From Macrostomum hystrix (lineage: Eukaryota; Animalia; Platyhelminthes), in the NCBI GenBank assembly GCA_950097015.1, contig CATNEN010000025.1:8246001-8310000 (forward strand): 64,000 nt of DNA, in the 5' to 3' direction. The position numbers and the translations under genes were made by a program. Below the pieces are notes generated by a model, which was not told where the DNA came from, did not search any database, and saw only the letters and a list, made by a program, of their open reading frames with translations. The first letter of the stretch is position 1, and each line of letters opens with the position of its first letter. Positions 1 through 13,179 of the stretch are shown here, piece by piece.

Positions 1-300
1 TCCCAATAGTTCGGTACTAGTAGAATCATATATAGTTTCGGAATTGGGATCCGAATAGTTCGGTACTAGTAGAATCATATATAGTTTCGGAATTGGGATC
101 CCAATAGTTCCGTGCTAGTAGAATCATATAGTTTCAGAGTTGGGATCTGAATAGTTCGGTACTAGAATCCTATAGTTTCCGAATCGGGATCCGAATAGTT
201 CGGTACTAGAATCCTATAGTTTCCGAATCGGGATCCGAATAGTTCGGTACTAGTAGAATCCTATAGTTTCGGAATCGGGATCCTAATATTTTGGTACTTG
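1..300. repeat. Minisatellite, ~43-49 bp unit, ~6 copies, truncated by window start
   Basis: Unit TCCGAATAGTTCGGTACTAGTAGAATCATATATAGTTTCGGAATTGGGA recurs at 1, 50, 99 and onward. Confidence 0.9.
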
Positions 301-545
301 TATCCTATACTTTTCGGATTGGAATCCGAATAGTTCTAGTTTGATCCCGATTTTATCGATTGGGATCTAAAAAGTTTGAAGCTCAGAGTCCAAATTTTTT
401 GTTATGAAATGTAAGAAATATTTTTATCTATGAAATATCCTATTTAAAACACTGAGAGCTAGGGCTAATGTAAACGCGCTAAATCACTCTGTCCTACCCC
501 TATCATTCTAGGCAACCGTTAAAAATTGCCCGACGATAAGAAAAG

Positions 546-2628
546 ATGATTCAGCCTCAGCCATTCGGTATTAGACACTGGCTAGCTGTGCTGGCCCTGT
601 TAATGCTGACTGGCCTGCCTATAACGCCCAGCGTCCAGTTGACGAACTGCGGTCGCTGCGTCTGCGACTCGCCGGGCATCACTTGCGACTTCGAAAAAGT
701 CAAGGACAGCATCACTAGCGGCACAAATCTAGCTGATTTTACACCCACCGTCAGCGTCATGCGCCGTCTCGAGTTGGATCCACTAGCCTATCGGGATCTG
801 TACATCAACTGTAAGAATTCACCGGCTATAAAAAATCAACGCCTCAGTCGCAGCCTGCTGCGCGGCTATACCAACCTGAGCAAATTGTCTGTTGTCAAGT
901 GCGACCTGGTCTCAATTGAACCGGACGCTCTGGTGGACCTAACTAATCTGCGAGAGCTGGACGTCAGCAACAACCAGCTGCAGCGCCTACCATCCGAGCT
1001 GTTCCGCTCGCGGTCGATGGTTAAACTGACGCTCAGCGAGAATCCCCGGCTGGCGTTAAACAACGATACATTTCGCGACTTCTCTGTGGATCGACTGGTA
1101 CTGTCCAACTGCGGCCTAGACGAATTCCCCTGGGATAGCCTGCGAGAGATTAGAGGTCTGCAGGATCTCACACTATCTCAGAATAACATCAGACTAGTGC
1201 CAACGGAAGCAATGCAACTGGTCACACAGCTGCGAGTACTCTATCTGGATGGCAATCCGCTGTCCTGCACTTGCTCCAAAAAGTGGCTAAGGGAGAAGAT
1301 AGACTGGAATCGAGTTTCTCCACCGATTATTAATGTAGGTTTTATTTAAGAAACTGTGATAGTCATTTAAAATCTGTTTGGATAATATTTATAGATAGCG
1401 TGACTCACCATTCTACCGAACCTAGATTTGATGCTATTTTTAGAACGCATGACTCACCATTTTTCCTAGCTCAGATTTGATGCTATTTTTAGATCGCATG
1501 ACTCGCAGTCTGTCTATTTTAGACTGCTATTTTTAGCATCAAGTAACGCATGAGTCACTATTACGAGTATAAGCTTGGTTCTGATTGGATGCTCCGCTCC
1601 TCCCTTCAGTCGGCCAAGCTGCCAAAGTGCGGCAGTCCACCAACTCTGCGCGACATTGAACTGACGCAACTGTCACCGAGCGATTTTCCTTGCCTGGCGC
1701 CGGAGATTCGCTCGGTGGACATCCGCCTGGAGCCGGACGCCGCCCAGCTGATCTGCTCGGCGGACTGGGAACGACCCGGCCCGATGACTTGGATCTATCG
1801 GCACCTGCCCATCTATCCGGACATTCCGAATGGCTATCCCAGCCGCACCTACGAGAGCAGCGGCGGGGTCTTCCGCCAGTCCGTTCGTCGGACGCCAGGC
1901 TACGAGCGTGAAAAGTACACCCTGACCGCCAGAGCCGCTGACGGCCAGACGACCAACTTCTCACTGACGCTGCACTGGCCGTTGACAGAAAACGGCGCCG
2001 ATTCGGCATCGACGCCGAACAAGAACAAAGACTCCCAGGACTCGAGCTCATCGGCCGGCGCAGGCGGTAGCAACAAGCTGCCGGCGGAGTCCAGAAGCCA
2101 ACCACCGACGGAAGCTCTGGCACCGGCAGCGGCGACTATTTTTCGCGCAAACAATTCACCCTGATTGAAATGATAATCGCCGTGGTTGGCACATTCATGG
2201 CTACCAGTTTGATATTCCTGCTAGCCTGTCAGGCCATCCAGTGGTACAACAAGCGCGACAAGAAGCGCTGGGCCGCCGGCTATGGGGGGCCACCCTACTC
2301 CTACAGCTACAACTCGCACCGGCCTCCGTCGCACGAATACGACGTGCCGCGTATCGACCAGCCATGCCTGTTGCCGAAGCCGCCGCCTCCGCCGTTGCAG
2401 CCGCCGCCTCCGCCGCCGCAGCACACTCTGCCAATGCCGCCCGGGCCAGTGTCTCTGTCATCGGCGTCGTCAGGCTCTGGCACAAGTGCGGCAGTGCAGA
2501 CCCTGCTGTCCAAGCAGCATCAGCAGCATCATCTGCCGATGGCGACATCCGCATCATCGAATGGCATCGGCATGGGAGACATGGAGTTTTTGGACTACGG
2601 CGGCCACCGAATGTTTAACCAGGCTTGA
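546..2628 (+). CDS. LRR-Ig-transmembrane receptor (LRIT/LRFN/Kekkon-type architecture), 2 coding exons, one apparent -1 frameshift
   Basis: Exon 546-1334: signal peptide, LRRNT (CGRCVC), LRR motifs (LRELDVSNNQLQRLP) and LRRCT start (GNPLSCTC). Phase-0 intron 1335-1609 (GTAGGT...CCCTTCAG) joins to SAKLPKCGSPP..FPC, completing LRRCT. An Ig-like domain follows (LICSADW..W..YTLTA). Near 2070 the frame changes to QQAAGG..QFTLIEMIIAVVGTFMATSLIFLLAC (TM) and a Pro-rich tail with YDVP. Splice acceptor at 510-511. Confidence 0.85.
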
Positions 2629-2754
2629 AATGTTTTGTGTTCGTTAAATTCTAAAAAAATTCATTAACAGCGGACAAACAAAAGTGTAATATTAATTGTT
2701 TATTAGCACTAGTGTGTACCACGTTGTTACAAACTGTCTTCAGAAAGCACTTTA

Positions 2755-2935
2755 AAATGGTTGGTAATTCAGTAGTTAATGCTTCGAAAATCTGGCCGAA
2801 AGGTCGGGAGTTCGATTCTCACCCCTGGAGAAACAATTTGTGTCCTAAATTCCGCCTTTGCTTCAGTTCACTCAGCTGTAGAATAGGTCATCCTCTCCCC
2901 AGTCCCTAGAATGACTAGCTGTACACAACAACGTA
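2755..2935 (+). mobile_element. tRNA-derived SINE, degenerate
   Basis: B-box GAGTTCGATTC, then TGTGTCCT and CAGTTCACTCAGCTGTAGAATAGGT, which align with the copy at 22925-23105. Confidence 0.6.
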
Positions 2936-3351
2936 AGAATACTTAACGATTTGAGTTTAAAACGATTCGCCTGCCAGGAATCGGCTGCATTTATACTCGT
3001 ACAAATCTACCATTCATTAGAAAATTAATAATTTAAACTCACTCGCTTTTTGCTTATCTGTTTATTAGCTTTTTGTGTTCAATGCTCACCAAAGCCGTTC
3101 ACGTTCTCTAATGATCTCGAACAAATAATTATCTCCTGAATTGAACTTGTACAGCAGATTTGCTTGTTCTTCTATTCATAAAAAGTACAAGCCTCCATCG
3201 ACTTTCATTCTTGCCTTACTCTCAATAATTTTCATCGATTTATTTTGTAATTCCACTAGGGGAAGATTTCCAGAGCTCATGGAAGGATAGATGATTGATT
3301 TTCACACTAAGCGTGTATTCGATGTCAAGTCTATCAGTTTGGTAACCCCGT

Positions 3352-3690
3352 TAGATTGCTTGGCAACAAGTAATCATGCACTTTTAGAAGAAAATAGATT
3401 GCTTAGCAACAAGAAATCATGCACTTTTAGAAGAAAATAGATTGCTTAGCAACAAAGAAATCATGCACTTTTAGAAGAAAATAGATTGCTTAGCAACAAG
3501 AAATCATGTACTTTTAGAAGAAAATAGATTGCTTAGCAACAAAGAAACCATGCACTTTTAGAAGAAAATAGATTGCTTAGCAACAAGAAATCATGCACTT
3601 TTAGAAGAAAATAGATTGCTTAGCAACAAGAAATTAGCACTTTTAGAAGAAAATGGATTGCTTAGCAACAAGAAATCATGTACTTTTACA
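3352..3690. repeat. Minisatellite, 43 bp unit, ~8 copies
   Basis: TAGATTGCTTAGCAACAAGAAATCATGCACTTTTAGAAGAAAA at 3352, 3395, 3438 and onward. Confidence 0.95.
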
Positions 3691-4254
3691 AGAGAAACTA
3701 GCCGTAATTGAAAGATATTTCCCTTTTTTCGCCTGTAATAACAGTCATAAGCTGAAAATTGTTTTCCTAGAATGTTTAATTTACTAATAATGTTTTTTTT
3801 ATAGAGGCTAAATTGATTATTTTGTTTGAGTTCCTGTTCCTTTTGTAATGTTTGTTGTTTGCAATAAAAATATTGCAATTGAGGCACTCGAGAAATTCAC
3901 TCACCTATGCCATTGTTGTTGCCCGATTAGTAAATAAGAAGATTTTGTAAAAATGTTTACTTTGCCATGCAATCGAAGATCATGTTCAAACTCGTTTTTT
4001 ATTAACGAAAAATACAAAGAAGGAATCGATAACGAAATGGAAGCTATCTACTGCCTAGCAGCTTTTCACTGGTTCGCTTAAACTAGAATTTCTTTTGAAG
4101 AAACTTAATTTTGGAGTTATGTTGCAATATCCATTTCAGTTTACCTTTTCTCTCATTTGCTTCCTAACCTTCATCACTTTAGGCTTTGTTCCGACTTATA
4201 TAATCCCATCTATCCCTCATACCCCAGTCCCATATTATCTCCATACTTAATTCC

Positions 4255-6870
4255 TTAGTCCAATCTCAACCTTATCTCTACTTTCCTAGTCCCATCTCAC
4301 CCTTGTCTCTACTTTCCTAGTCCCATCTCACCCTAATCTCTACTTTCCTAGTCCAATCTCACCCTTGTCTCTACTTTCCTAGTCCCATCTCACCCTAATC
4401 TCTACTTTCCTAGTCCCATCTCACCCTAATCTCTACTTTCTCAGTCCCATCTCACCCTAATCTCTACTTTCCTAGTCCAATCTCACCCTTGTCTCTACTT
4501 TCCTAGTCCCATCTCACCCTAATCTCTACTTTCCTAGTCCCATCTCACCCTAATCTCTACTTTCCTAGTCCCATCTCACCCTTATCTCTACTTTCCTAGT
4601 CCCATCTCACCCTAATCTCTACTTTCCTAGTCCCATCTCACCCTAATCTCTACTTTCTCAGTCCCATCTCACCCTTATCTCTACTTTCCTAGTCCCATCT
4701 CACCCTAATCTCTACTTTCCTAGTCCCATCTCACCCTAATCTCTACTTTTCTAGTCCCATCTCACCCTAATCTCTAGTTTCTCAGTCCCATCTCACCCTA
4801 ATCTCTAGTTTCTCAGTCCCATCTCACCCTTATCTCTAGTTTCTCAGTCCCATCTGACCCTTATCTCTAGTTTCTCAGTCCCATCTCACCCTTATCTCTA
4901 GTTTCTCAGTCCCATCTCACCCTTATCTCTAGTTTCTCAGTCCCATCTCACCCTTATCTCTAGTTTCTCAGTCCCATCTGACCCTTATCTCTAGTTTCTC
5001 AGTCCCATCTCACCCTTATCTCTAGTTTCTCAGTCCCATCTCACCCTTATCTCTAGTTTCTCAGTCCCATCTCACCCTTATCTCTAGTTTCTCAGTCCCA
5101 TCTCACCCTTATCTCTAGTTTCTCAGTCCCATCTCACCCTTATCTCTAGTTTCTCAGTCCCATCTGACCCTTATCTCTAGTTTCTCAGTCCCATCTCACC
5201 CTTATCTCTACGTTTCCTAGTCCCATCTCACCCTAATCTCTACTTTCTCAGTCCCATCTCACCCTAATCTCTACTTTCTCAGTCCCATCTCACCCTTATC
5301 TCTACTTTCCTAGTCCCATCTCACCCTAATCTCTACTTTCTCAGTCCCATCTCACCCTAATCTCTACTTTCCTAGTCCCATCTCACCCTAATCTCTACTT
5401 TCCTAGTCCCATCTCACCCTAATCTCTACTTTCTCAGTCCCATCTCACCCTTATCTCTACTTTCCTAGTCCCATCTCACCCTAATCTCTACTTTCTCAGT
5501 CCCATCTCACCCTTATCTCTACTTTCCTAGTCCCATCTCACCCTAATCTCTACTTTCTCAGTCCCATCTCACCCTTATCTCTACTTTCCTAGTCCCATCT
5601 CACCCTAATCTCTACTTTCTCAGTCCCATCTCACCCTAATCTCTACTTTCCTAGTCCCATCTCACCCTAATCTCTACTTTCCTAGTCCCATCTCACCCTA
5701 ATCTCTACTTTCTCAGTCCCATCTCACCCTTATCTCTACCTTCCTAGTCCAATCTCACCCTAATCTCTACTTTCCTAGTCCCATCTCACCCTAATCTCTA
5801 CTTTCTCAGTCCCATCTCACCCTAATCTCTACTTTCTCAGTCCCATCTCACCCTTATCTCTACTTTCCTAGTCCCATCTCACCCTAATCTCTACTTTCTC
5901 AGTCCCATCTCACCCTAATCTCTACTTTCCTAGTCCCATCTCACCCTAATCTCTACTTTCCTAGTCCCATCTCACCCTAATCTCTACTTTCTCAGTCCCA
6001 TCTCACCCTTATCTCTACTTTCCTAGTCCCATCTCACCCTAATCTCTACTTTCTCAGTCCCATCTCACCCTTATCTCTACTTTCCTAGTCCCATCTCACC
6101 CTAATCTCTACTTTCCTAGTCCCATCTCACCCTAATCTCTACTTTCCTAGTCCCATCTCACCCTAATCTCTACTTTCTCAGTCCCATCTCACCCTTATCT
6201 CTACTTTCCTAGTCCCATCTCACCCTAATCTCTACTTTCTCAGTCCCATCTCACCCTTATCTCTACTTTCCTAGTCCCATCTCACCCTAATCTCTACTTT
6301 CTCAGTCCCATCTCACCCTTATCTCTACTTTCCTAGTCCCATCTCACCCTAATCTCTACTTTCCTAGTCCCATCTCACCCTAATCTCTACTTTTCTAGTC
6401 CCATCTCACCCTTATCTCTAGTTTCTCAGTCCCATCTCACCCTTGTCTCTTCATTCTCAGTCCCATCTCACCCTTATCTCTAGTTTCTCAGTCCCATCTC
6501 ACCATTATCTCTTCATTCTCAGTCCCATCTCACCCTTGTCTCTTCATTCTCAGTCCCATCTCACCATTATCTCTTCATTCTCAGTCCCATCTCACCCTAA
6601 TCTCTAGTTTCTCAGTCCCATCTCACCCTAATCTCTAGTTTCTCAGTCCCATCTCACCCTTATCTCTAGTTTCTCAGTCCCATCTCACCCTTATCTCTAG
6701 TTTCTCAGTCCCATCCCACCCTAATCTCTAGTTTCTCAGTCCCATCTCACCCTAATCTCTAGTTTCTCAGTCCCATCTCACCCTTATCTCTAGTTTCTCA
6801 GTCCCATCTCACCCTAATCTCTAGTTTCTCAGTCCCATCTCACCCTTATCTCTAGTTTCTCAGTCCCATT
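4255..6870. repeat. Pyrimidine-rich minisatellite, 31 bp unit, ~84 copies
   Basis: TCCCATCTCACCCTAATCTCTACTTTCCTAG and point variants. Confidence 0.98.
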
Positions 6871-7529
6871 TTACGCTTATCCATTCTCTTCATTTTATTT
6901 CTAAACCGAGTTCATAGGTTCCAATCAAGCATCAAATTTGAATTCCAGTTAGTTACAAATTTTATATATAATTTTTTCTATCAGTTTGTGTCGATCAAAA
7001 TCCGGCACAAATTATGTTTATCTAAATTTGCACGAACGATGAAAGTGTACCGACTTATTAAATACCAGTAAAAGACTTTGGTTTTGTTATAATGATGCCT
7101 TATGCAAGCAGAATATATACAGATATCATATTTATATCCCGAATTCCGTATGCCTTTTAATATTCTGATTAAAAGAAAGGTGAGAGTCGACACAGATGCG
7201 GGCAAATACAGTTTAGGACACATTGGGTGATTGAATTTATAGTAAATAAACTTGACATTTTATGGCCTCTGACTAATACTTGTAATATTAATAATACTAG
7301 CTTCCACTTGCCTATAGTGCTGGTAGCAAGGAATGAAAGATGTATAAAAGTGGAACTAAGTACAGATCAAGAAATAAAGTTTCAAGATATCTTTACAGAA
7401 AATGTTGCTGTGATTTGCCGGAACGGAAAATCATCTTAATTTTGGTGCACTTAAATCCCAATTTATAGAAAAATCCCAGATTCAACAGAATCCCAATTTT
7501 ACACAATCTCGATTTTCTTTAATCACTAC

Positions 7530-7715
7530 TCTGTACAAAATCCCGTTTTACCGAAATCCAATTCTGTACAAAATCCCGATTTGCTGAAATCTAATTCTTC
7601 ACAAAATCCCGATTTACCAAAATCAAATTCTGTACAAAATCCCGATTTACCGAAATCCAATTCTGTACAAAATCCCGATTTGTTAAGATCCAATTCTGTA
7701 CAAAATCCCGATTTA
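7530..7715. repeat. 33 bp tandem repeat, ~5-6 copies, inside an open frame (SVQNPDLPKSN)
   Basis: TCTGTACAAAATCCCGATTTACCGAAATCCAAT repeated. Confidence 0.85.
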
Positions 7716-8193
7716 CTTGTCACAAAGAACCCCGCAGTACGACAAGATGCACAAGACAGCATTCTCTTTAAAAAAGATAAAACAATTTGCCAAGCAAGCA
7801 AGCGGCAGCAGACAGAACCAGACATCCGACAGAAAAAAAGCAACAGAGAAGTGAAAAAAGCAATATTTTATGACAAGAGACTAACAATTTATGTGTAAGG
7901 CTCTCTCTTTCTCTCTTCATCTAAATCGTGCTGCACGGCAGAATCGCCAATGGTTGAGGAAATTTTTTGTCGGTGGATTTTTACCTTCCATCGAAGATTT
8001 TCCTTTTTCTTAATTGTTTCCTTTCTCTTGCTATGCTAAGTAATGCTTGACCTATTAGGAGACAGCGGGTAGGACATTGTGTGACAGCTGACGTTTTGCT
8101 TGCAGCGAAAGATTCAACCAAATTTCCTGCACGTCACGCTTGATTTCTTTACTCTATTGACCCTTAGAAGAAGACATTTTGTATGCACCGCGA

Positions 8194-8767
8194 CACTAGA
8201 TCTCTGACTAGATCTCTGACTAGATCACTGACTAGATCACTGACTAGATCACTGACTAGATCACTGACTAGATCACTGACTAGATCACTGACTAGATCAC
8301 TGACTAGATCTCAGACTAGATCTCAGACTAGATCACTGACTAGATCACTGACTAGATCACTGACTAGATCACTGACTAGATCTCAGACTAGATCACTGAC
8401 TAGATCTCTGACTAGATCTCTGACTAGATCACTGACTAGATCACTGACTAGATCTCAGACTAGATCACTGACTAGATCTCAGACTAGATCACTGACTAGA
8501 TCTCAGACTAGATCTCAGACTAGATCTCAGACTAGATCACTGACTAGATCACTGACTAGATCACTGACTAGATCTCAGACTAGATCACTGACTAGATCTC
8601 AGACTAGATCTCAGACTAGATCACTGACTAGATCACTGACTAGATCACTGACTAGATCTCAGACTAGATCACTGACTAGATCTCAGACTAGATCTCTGAC
8701 TAGATCTCTGACTAGATCACTGACTAGATCTCTGACTAGATCACTGACTAGATCTCTGACTAGATCT
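8194..8767. repeat. 12 bp minisatellite, ~48 copies, three variants
   Basis: ACTAGATCACTG / ACTAGATCTCAG / ACTAGATCTCTG. Confidence 0.97.
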
Positions 8768-9299
8768 TTAGCTAGAACTGTGACGAGACACGTTAAAAAG
8801 ATTTATTGGATGTTTAGCTAGATCCATGACAAATTCAGTGATAATGCATCACTCGATTAATGACCAAGCATTGCAGTACTTTTCTAAATGCATGTTTTAT
8901 GCATGCATGCCCTAGGCAAGCAAATGAAACGTATTTTTTCATGCTCGTGAAGAGAAGAAGTGCCAAATTTGTCCAAAGAATGACAAGTCAATCAAAATTT
9001 TCTGGTTGCTGTGCAGTCTACAGTGTCAATCGCACTCTCGCGTTGAAAAAATATCTTATCAGCCAAGCTAACTGATTGTCCCGCGGACGAAAAGAACTGT
9101 GGATTAGTAATTCATACTCACAATCACTTGGAGAATATTTTTTTAGGCTTCAGATATTCAAGAGATTAGTCTGCAGCCAGAAATTATGTTTTACAAAGAT
9201 AAGAATATATTATTTAAATTATATATTGTATAGTAGTAGAAATTGTAGTATTCTTTGTAGTATAGTGCTAGAAAGTTAAAATAAGGTCGGTACTCAAAA

Positions 9300-10055
9300 T
9301 CGAAGCGGGTGTAACAGTAAGTATCGAAGCAGGAATCGCACCAAGAATCGAAAACGGGAAACGCACCAAGAATCGAAAACGGGAATCGCACCAAGAATCG
9401 AAACAGGAATCGCACCAAGAATCGAAGCATGTGTCACCGTAAGAATCGAAGGAGGAATCGTAACAGAAATCGCACCAAGAATCGAAACATGAATCGCACC
9501 AAGAATCGTAGCAGGTATCACAGCCAGAATCGAAGCAGGAATCGCACCAAGTATCGAGGGGGGAATCGCACCAAGTATCGAGGGGGGAATCGCACCAATA
9601 ATCGAAACAGTAGTCACAGTAAGAATCGAAGCAGGAATCGTACCAAGAATCGAAACAAGAGTCACAACAAGAATCGAAGCAGGAATCGCACCAAAAATCG
9701 AAACAGGTGTCACAGTCGGAATCGAAGCAAGAATCACACGAACATTTGAAGCAGGTGCCACAGTAAAAATCAAAACGGGAATCGCACCAAGAATCGAAAA
9801 CGGGAATCGCACCAAGAATCGAAACAGGAATCGCACCAAGATTCGTAGCAGGTGTCACAGTCGGAATCGGAGCAGGAATCGCACCAAGATTTGAAGCATG
9901 TGTCACAGTAAGAATCGAAACGGGAATCGCACCAAGAGTCGAAACAGGAATCGCACCAAGAATCGTAGCAGGTGTCACAGCCAGAATCGAAACAGGAATC
10001 GCACCAAGTATCGAGGCGGGAATCGCACCAAGTATCGAGGCGGGAATCGCACCAA
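9300..10055. repeat. Diverged 24 bp minisatellite with a 12 bp GAATCG sub-period
   Basis: GGAATCGCACCAAGAATCGAAACA consensus; generates low-complexity ORFs on both strands. Confidence 0.9.
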
Positions 10056-11209
10056 CAGTCGCTGCAACAATCTTAACCGGCTTGAAGAATCGCAGTAAGA
10101 TTTGCTGTCAGACGGTGAATTGGCGTGAAGTCTCTTCTGTGGTTTCTATTTCTATATATTTAGAAGCCCCTGTTAGCATGGATGCTGGACCCGAGCTCAG
10201 TGATGAAAGCCCATGTGTTGCCTATGCTCATAGTTACTAAGCAATATAGACAATACTAGCTTCGAGTAGCAACCATGTGACAGGCTACTAATGAAGCCCC
10301 GGCGCAATCTTAGATGTCGCAGTAGACCCTATCGATTATCGATCTACTCCTGTCCTTGTACCGGGCCCGCGCTACATCGGGCTGGTATCGACCGATTTGG
10401 GATCTTAACGTAGGGGGAAAAAGGCCGTTTTTTCAAGACAGGCTGGCATCATCCGAACAGAAGTCAGCCGCGAAATGCCTTCGGGGCTTGTAGGGCCGAT
10501 CAATAGACTGACACCACCGAACCCCCATGCAGGTCAGCTTCAGTGCGAATTTAAAATTGGCCCCTACGGAGCCATTTTCTCTCTCTCACTCAAAAATTGC
10601 CAAAACAACTCTCCGGTTCCAATTGTGCCCTTGCCGCCTTTCTTTTAAAATCCTAATACGGGTTGATGGGATAATTCTAGCGGATTATAGGAAGATTATC
10701 CCCTCTAGGCTCCCCCCCGGAGGTCTATAGACAGTCCAGATATCAGGTGGCCACGCGCCGTCCCACCCCATGGCTTGTTACGCAACACCGGCACAAAATG
10801 ATGTCAATGCTGGGCCCCGAGTTTGTCATTGTCCAGCTGTCTGCAAAATCTATGAAAATTTTAAGCGTGCGGCTTGTTGGGATGAATGAATTGAAGGGGA
10901 CACTCACTCTAGGCCTATTCAAAGAATGAAGAAGAATTCATGGGCCGAATTTCAGTCTGGTCTCAAGTGGGATCCGAGAAGAGGGAATTATTGAGAAGGA
11001 GGTTGTTGGCAAGCGGTTCTTCAAAACTTCAAAATAAAATGGAAATTCGATATGGATTCTCCCATAGTGTCCATTTTGCTGTGTCAAGTTTGGTCCGGGG
11101 GGACATATTAGATTCATCCGGTTTGGGTCGAGTTTTATTACGATGAATTATGTGCTGTCGTAGTTTTGATCTCCCAAAAACACAGATATAATCTACAGAT
11201 CCTCCGTTG

Positions 11210-11960
11210 AATTTCTCAGGGAGGTCATTGACCCCCTAGATAACCAGGGCAAAATATAGAATAAATCTTCTATTCACTTTCTCAGGGGGGTCATTGACCC
11301 CCTAGATAACCCAGCCAGCATGTAGAATAATATTCTATTCACTTTACGAGCGAGGTCATTGACCCCCCCAGATAACCAAGCCAAAATATAAAATAAATCT
11401 TGCATTCATTTTCTCAGGGGGGTCATTGACCCCTTGAGAACCCAGCCAACATTTAGACTAAATATTCTATTCACTTTCTCGGGGAGGTCATTGACCCCCT
11501 AGATAACCCCGCCAGCATGTAGAATAATATTCTATTCACTTTACGAGCGAGGTCATTGACCCCCCTAGATAACCAAGCCAACATATAAAAGAAAACTTGT
11601 ATTCATTTTCTCAGGGGGGGTCATTGACCCCTTGAGAACCCAGCCAACATTTAGACTAAATATTCTATTCACTTTCTCGGGGAGGTCATCGACCCCCTAG
11701 ATAACCCCGCCAAAATATTGAATAAATATTCTATTCACTTTCTCAGGGGGTCATTGACCCCCTAGATAACCCAGCCAGCATGTAGAATAATATTCTATTC
11801 ACTTTACGAGCGAGGTCATTGACCCCCCTAGATAACCAAGCCAACATATAAAAGAAAACTTGTATTCATTTTCTCAGGGGGGTCATTGACCCCTTGAGAA
11901 CCCAGCCAACATTTATACTAAATATTCTATTCACTTTCTCAGGGAGGTCATTGACCCTAA
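11210..11960. repeat. ~65 bp tandem array, 12 copies, each carrying the palindrome GGGGTCATTGACCCC
   Basis: GGTCATTGACCC cores at ~11225, 11291, 11356, 11423, 11488, 11553, 11621, 11686, 11751, 11816, 11883, 11948. Confidence 0.93.
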
Positions 11961-13179
11961 AGCTGAGATATATAGGGATCAATTACCTCCCTTGATCTAA
12001 TCCACAATAAAAACCTGCTACTGTCCTTATCTGTGGGGGGTCAAGTGACCCCGGTCAGATTCTGTTAGCCGCGACCACGAGACAAAAGCCTACAAGTGTC
12101 TGGAGTGGTTCTTCTAAGATCCCAAAAAATCACGGGGACCCCCTGTCTGATGGGAATATCCATACCAAAACTCCCAGCCAGTGACCCAACACTTCAGGCC
12201 CAATACGCCGGAGGTTAAACAAACACCCCGTTACCGCGGGGCAATCTTCCCGTTTCCCTTACATTTCCCACCTGGTTGAAGCTCGAAAATTCGTAAAAAA
12301 AGAAGAAAAAATCGAGAATCGGACAGCGTTTTTAGGAGAAGCGGAAAAGAAGATGTCGGGCCAAGCAACAGGTCATTGCGGGAGGGCCTGGCACCAGCTG
12401 GAGTCACTCAGACAGCAGAACAGTGGATCAAAGCAGACTGGGCTGAAATTAGAGTCAGCTGTTTCATCTTTCCCCCGCCAAACTTGTCTCCTCCTGTCCT
12501 CCGAAAATGTTCCCACCCCATCCTAGGTCTCCTTTTTAACTGCCGTAGCTGATCCTCTGACCGCGCTTTGACTAGCGTTGCCATGGCAACCTAAAACCGT
12601 TACCAGTCCTTCTCCTCATGTTTTAGCGTTATAAAGCAGCGGCATATGTCAAAGCCCCTTTGCTGTTGAAGGGGATTTTTTTCCTTTTGGCCAAGTGTGG
12701 GAAGAAATAAGAGGTGACTAAGCCTATGCCCCTATAAGAGCGAATAATAAAGACAGACAGAAATAGGAAGAGTGGGCTCAAATGCTGCTTTAGCCTTTCC
12801 AAGCTCACTTCCGTACCAATGTGCTATGATACTATTTTATATAATAATATTTCAAAGCTGCAAATTTATGGAAACAGCACACGGATTTGCTTCCTGTGTT
12901 CCCTGTCTGTCTATCTCGTGAGTTCACATTATTCAATGAGATTTTTCACGTTTTGACGTCCTGACAATTGAGCAGCTCACATTATGCATGGTGCAGCGGC
13001 TGACTCACACAGCATGGACAATGCCTGGAGGTCCATCTCTCGCGACAGTAGCTGTCTGTAAAAATGACGCAGTCAAATCTGTGCATGGAATTACGGACAG
13101 ACCAGGACTCCAGGTTTAGGTGTCTCGTTGTAGGACTAACTGCATCCTAACCAAGGGACTACAGCTCCCCTGTCGATTC

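Noticed and set aside
10100-11200. Transposase remnant next to the palindromic array
   Set aside because: Manual translation of part of the interval gave no recognisable DDE or other motif.
11210-11960. CRISPR array
   Set aside because: Inter-palindrome segments are homologous to each other rather than unique spacers, there are no cas genes, and the context is eukaryotic.
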